Positions 62,066-64,000 of a DNA stretch of 64,000 nt are shown one piece after another. Under the pieces are notes generated by a model. That model was not told the DNA's origin and made no database searches. It saw nothing but the letters and a program-made list of their open reading frames with translations. Location: assembly GCF_018977255.1 (NCBI RefSeq), contig NW_024704891.1:1-64000 (forward strand). The letters are read 5' to 3'. Position numbers and translations under genes: made by a program. Positions within the stretch are counted from its first letter, which is position 1. Every line of letters begins with the position of its first letter. This DNA comes from Callorhinchus milii (taxonomy: Eukaryota).

Positions 62066-62175
62066 CCAGCAGATGGCGCACTAAACAAACACAAATAACA
62101 TGAGCTGCAACTCACATAACACGTCACGCTCCTTTCTGTAACTACCTTCCTTTGCAGCAGTAACAGGTGCTTCCT
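62066..62175 (+). promoter_or_regulatory. CTCF-like core + E-box/ETS module copy 10
   Basis: CCAGCAGATGGCGC 62066-62079; CAGGTG 62164-62169 + CTTCCTG. Confidence 0.65.
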
Positions 62176-63505
62176 GTTGCAGTTGACATATTTCACTCAT
62201 ACACACTATTGCTGCTTCAACAGAAATTTACAAATATTTGCCTAAAGTATTAACATAAGGCCTAGGTTGCTCATGAAACAATTTCTATCTCACCTATTTT
62301 ATATTATTGCCTTTATTCTCGATTAGCAGCCGCTCTTAAATTGTTTTCTCTGCGGTACAGCAATTCTCTGTTGACATTTGTTACAGTATCGGCTTCTGCC
62401 ACACTTTCAGTCAATGCATTCAAGATCAGAACAACTGGCAGTGTGAAAAAAAAATCTGCTCCTCACAGTTTGTTCAGGCAACTACATTAAACGTGAACAT
62501 TAAGCTATTTATTACGTTTATTACTGTATAATTATAAAAGATCATTGATATGTCATCCCGCAACTGAAACATTCAAAAGCGACCGAAGTGCTCACTGTGA
62601 AATTCAGATTGGATTGTGTTCTGCTGTTCTGGTCTGACACTCTAGAGCAGGCCTGGCTGTCTGGACTGTGGGTGAAGCTTGTCCTACCGAGGAGATATTA
62701 AACCCAGGTCCAGGCGTCTTGCATGAAGGGACTTTTGTGTTTCCATTGTAATGCTCGAGAAAGAACAAGTTTTCCACAGGTGTCTGGACAAACTTTCCAT
62801 CGGTTAAATTCATCTTTCATTCATAGCTGTTTGTGGGAAAGTGTTGTATACAAATTGGAGGCCAACTTGTTTGAGGAGGTCTGAGGCGTATCGACTAAAT
62901 GACAAGGCTTCGTTGGCTAAAAGCATTTCTGAAACACGAATACTAAAAACATTTGTAAGGGCATGTCTCATTCAACATTGTAATAATAACGATAATAAAA
63001 GCAAACGATGCATTTGATACACTGCCATATTAGGTCATTGAGACGTCTTAAAGCTCTTCATAGAATATCCTGAAAAGTGGATTGACTCTTGTTTTATGCC
63101 AATTGCGTGTGTGGGAGATTGTGGGGGGTGGCGTGGAAGTGGGGGGTGGCTTTGTGCGTTAGAATGTATTGTGTGGGCCCAACGTGGTAGCCAACTGTTT
63201 AAAACAGTGGCCCACAAAATGTTGTGGATTGAGTGACCTGATTTTGTGGCACTGTGTGTGTTTGTGTGGGGGAGGGGAGGGGGCGGGGCGCTGTGTGGGC
63301 GGAGCTCTGTAAAGCAACGACAGTGATTGGGCGATGCGGCTCAGTGCGGGCGGAGCAGTGACTGAGTGACGCAGCTCTGTGGGCGTGGCAGTGGCCGTGT
63401 GGGCGAGGCTCTGTGTGGGCGAGGATGTAACTGTGTGGCTACTGAGCCCAAAAGCCCCATCAATCCACATTGGGGAGTTAATGTCGGACACGGGATCAGG
63501 TGCTC

Positions 63506-63785
63506 ATGTGGGAGACATGTGCTGTGCTCTTAATCACTCTCAGCTTACTTTGCCGTTAGTAACATTTTTATATATTTTTTTCTTAACATCTTGTTATACC
63601 TTTTACAACAATATAACATTAAAAATCCTTTGATTAGATATTGGGCCTTTCCATATATTCGAGACGATTGTCAGCGTCAGTTTTGATCAAATAATCTAAT
63701 CGATTGAGTGTCCAAATTATTATCTATTTTATTATTGATTTATTAGTGAAGGGCCAATTATCCCTGGAAAAAAGCGATGCCAATC
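63506..63785 (+). pseudogene. Orphan MWE-family leader (V exon apparently deleted)
   Basis: Leader 63506-63554 (MWETCAVLLITLSLLC, GTTAGT donor). The intron matches V8/V16 until ..gatgccaatc at about 63785, then switches to sequence resembling the region 3' of V8 (about 25590 onward). Confidence 0.7.
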
Positions 63786-64000
63786 AGGTTTCTGATTCAC
63801 CGTTCCTGCAAGTCGCCGACTTATTATAATCTTTGCCCAGGACTTCTGGGTCCAATATCTCAGGGTTTAGAGCACTCGCCTCGCATGCAGGAGATATGAT
63901 TTCGATTCTCGACTGTGCGAAATGTTGGGTAGTTTTCCTTACTCCACTCCTCTATTTACCTCGTAGATTTGTAGGAAAACGCTCAATAGTCGATTGGCGG

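Overview
Vertebrate genomic DNA containing a germline T-cell receptor alpha/delta-type V-segment array, all on the + strand. I read 19 complete V segments (leader exon + intron + V exon + 23-bp-spacer RSS) and 3 broken ones. They fall into five paralogous families, named here by leader/V motif (GHCGG, MTAL, MKC/MKR, MWE, MKQN), plus one singleton. One open-frame V (leader at 19162) has a TAC instead of CAC heptamer. I saw no D, J or C segments. Intergenic DNA is packed with a tRNA-Ala-like SINE, L2 and CR1 LINE pieces (including a near full-length L2 at about 34.5-38.3 kb), a 26-bp minisatellite and a decayed histone H1 sequence. The repeat content suggests a cartilaginous fish, possibly a chimaera; this is inference and is not confirmed. 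The most interesting unexplained structure is an intergenic module present 10 times in the same orientation: a CTCF-like core (CCAGCAGATGGCGC) followed about 95 bp later by an E-box/ETS composite. The E-box is retained in all 10 copies and varies only at its two central positions. Coordinates were counted by hand and may be off by a few bases.
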